Shown here: positions 61,952 to 64,000 of the stretch, piece after piece | Layout of the letters: the number at the start of each line of letters is the position of its first letter | Position numbering within the stretch: position 1 is the stretch's first letter | DNA from: the human T2T-CHM13v2.0 reference genome, Homo sapiens | NCBI RefSeq assembly: GCF_009914755.1 | Contig: NC_060930.1 | Direction: 5' to 3' (one strand) | DNA length: 64,000 bases | The notes under the pieces: generated by a model | The model's input: only the letters and a program-made list of their open reading frames with translations | Databases searched by the model: none | Told to the model about the DNA's origin: nothing | Translations under genes and position numbers: made by a program

Positions 61952-63054
61952 TGAAGACAGAGACTTTGTATGCTTTGTTCACTGCTATAACCCCAGGGCC
62001 TAGCATATAGCAGGTGATCCCTAACTACTAGTTGGTTGACTGACAGATTTCTACCAGATTAGCTGAATACTCACATCTCTAGCACAAAGGAGAAATCTCA
62101 GAGCTTGCAGTATTGATTCAGAAGGCATTCACCTAGTGGTAATAGTTAAAGTTGTCTGTGGCAGAAGATAAGAGAAATCCCAGAAGGGGAAAGAAAGAGG
62201 GAGGAAGACAGAACTGTAAGAAATGTCAATATATAAGTAAAGTACTTCCAGATATTGGGATGATAAAAAAGAGACCAATAAAGCCAAGAGGGGAAGAAGA
62301 ATTTTAATAAAGTTATGGTGTAAAATGTTACTGAGTGTTAGAGTAAGGATAGAGATCAAGCATATGGTCAAGGATTTAAAAAGGTGTCATTAATGGTTTG
62401 GAAGCAATGTTAGTGGAGTATTGTGGACCATAGAGAAGATATTGTATGTTAAGAAAATAAAGGTAGCCAGGGTAAATAAATTTTTTGAGACATATGACAA
62501 TGAAAAGAAGGTGAGAAATGGAATAATATTTTGAAGGAATGGGAAGTACAGGGAAATGTAGAGCAAATACAAATTAAAAACAAGAGGTTTCATTTTCCCT
62601 GTAGAATATAAGAAAAGAGATTTTCCCTGCTTTCCCTTTTTCAAAGAGTCTTTATATTAGAAAACTTGTGCTTTAAGGTCTTTCTCTGTCTCTTTAAAAT
62701 GTAGGTAAATTTTTTAATGCTAACTCAGCCTCCGGTCAGCATTATGATCCAGGAATGTCTTTCTCAAGGACTGGGAACCATCTCTTAGAAATGTAAACAT
62801 TAAGGAAGATAGCACCCTGTCTCCCAGATTCTGTGGGATGGCAGGAAACTAGCCTCAGCTTACTACTTGCTCCAAGTTGCAAAACTCCCTCTAGTCATAA
62901 AGAGTAGTTGATTTTTACCTTGGTTAAAACCAATTAGCTAACACAGATGGTTACCCCAACTACCATGTGGGTTTAGGATGAATTATGTGTAACAAATGGT
63001 GCTGTCAAGTCCTCTTACATAAGCACTAGTTATAGTATATTTGAAGAAAATGTG

Positions 63055-63842
63055 TGTATTCATCAGGGTTCTCTGGAGAAATGGAACAAATAGGATGTTT
63101 CTATGGTCTAAATGTTTGTGCCCCTCAAAATTCATTTGTTCAAACCTAATTCCTAATGGGATGTATTAGGAGGTGGAACTAATTAAAACCTTTGGGAGTG
63201 ATTAAGTTATGAAGATGGAGCCCCTATGAATGGAATTAGTTCCCTTATAAAGAGCTAGAGAGAATAGAGTTCTCCCCTTCTACCATGTGAGGACACAGAG
63301 AGAAAGCACCACCTATGAACCAGAAAGCAGGCCCTTACCAGATACCAAATATACCAACACCTTGATCTTGGTTTTCCCACACTCCAGAACTGTGAGAAAT
63401 AAAAGAAAGAGTTCTATTAAAAGGAATTGGCTCATGCATTATGGAGGCTGGCAAGTTCCAGGATGTTCAGGGTGAGTCGGCAAGGTGGAAACCCATTAGA
63501 GTTGATGATGTAGTTCCAGTCCTAAGACTAGCAGGCCTGAGACCCATGAATAGCCAATGTCTCAGTTTGAGTCTGAAGGTAAGAAAAAGCCAATGTCCTA
63601 GTTCAAAGCCAGTCACTCAGGAGGAATTCTCTCTTACTTAGGGGAGGGTCAACCTTTTTGCTCTATTCAGACTTTCAGCTGAATGGATGAGGCCCACTCA
63701 TACTAGGAAGACAATCTGCATTACAATTTAAGTGCTAATCTTACCCCAAAACACCCTTACAGAAATACACAGAATAATGTTTAACCAAATATCTGGGCAC
63801 CCCATGGCCCAATCAAGTTGACACACAAAATTAATCATCACA
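63055..63842. mobile_element. MLT2 (ERVL) LTR
   Basis: Ends tgtattcatcagggttctctggagaaa and aagttgacacacaaaattaatcatcaca. Confidence 0.8.
63098..63403 (+). mobile_element. MLT1A/MST-like LTR nested in MLT2, 3'-truncated
   Basis: ctatggtctaaatgtttgtgcccctcaaaattcat...ctccagaactgtgagaaataaa. Confidence 0.75.
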
Positions 63843-64000
63843 ATATCTGGAATGGATTGCATCTGCTTGCCTATATAAAAGAATGAGGTGTCTTTTTGTC
63901 TTCACAATATCTTAGTGGATTGCCTATGATGTGCATCACATAATAAAAATGTTTTCTTTCTCTTCTACCTTTGTGGAATGGTTTTCTGGGTTGGAAGGAG

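Larger units (their letters stand above)
62600..64000 (+). mobile_element. ERV1-type LTR (MER34-like) interrupted by MLT2, runs off the window
   Basis: LTR-like 62600-63050 resumes after 63842 with TATATAAAA (63872) and AATAAA (~63942). Confidence 0.55.

Overview
Human-like genomic DNA (Alu/L1PA-rich, AT-rich) from the trace amine-associated receptor cluster; by recognition this is chr6q23.2. Three class A GPCR loci lie on the minus strand. TAAR3P (7215-8244) has a single 2-bp frameshift after codon 46. Two-exon TAAR2 (coding 23184-23243 plus 16108-17103) carries an in-frame TAG at Trp168 (16660-16662), so this haplotype is a null allele. TAAR1 (43951-44970, 339 aa) is intact, with a splice acceptor at 45096 and a candidate non-coding first exon near 58099-58150. 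The rest is mostly transposon relics: a full-length ~6.5 kb L1PA7-like element (33791-40271), an inverted 3.1 kb L1 of similar type, about a dozen Alus, THE1/MLT/ERV1 LTRs, hAT MITEs, a long L2 and microsatellites. I found no wholly new biological system that I can support. The best leads are the TAAR2 nonsense allele, candidate olfactory-type enhancer motifs between TAAR2 and TAAR1 (one cluster split by the L1), an L1 antisense ORF0-like frame with splice donors facing TAAR2, uORFs in the TAAR1 leader, and an unexplained 44-bp dispersed duplication. Repeat subfamily names are by eye, and boundaries are approximate unless target-site duplications (TSDs) are given.
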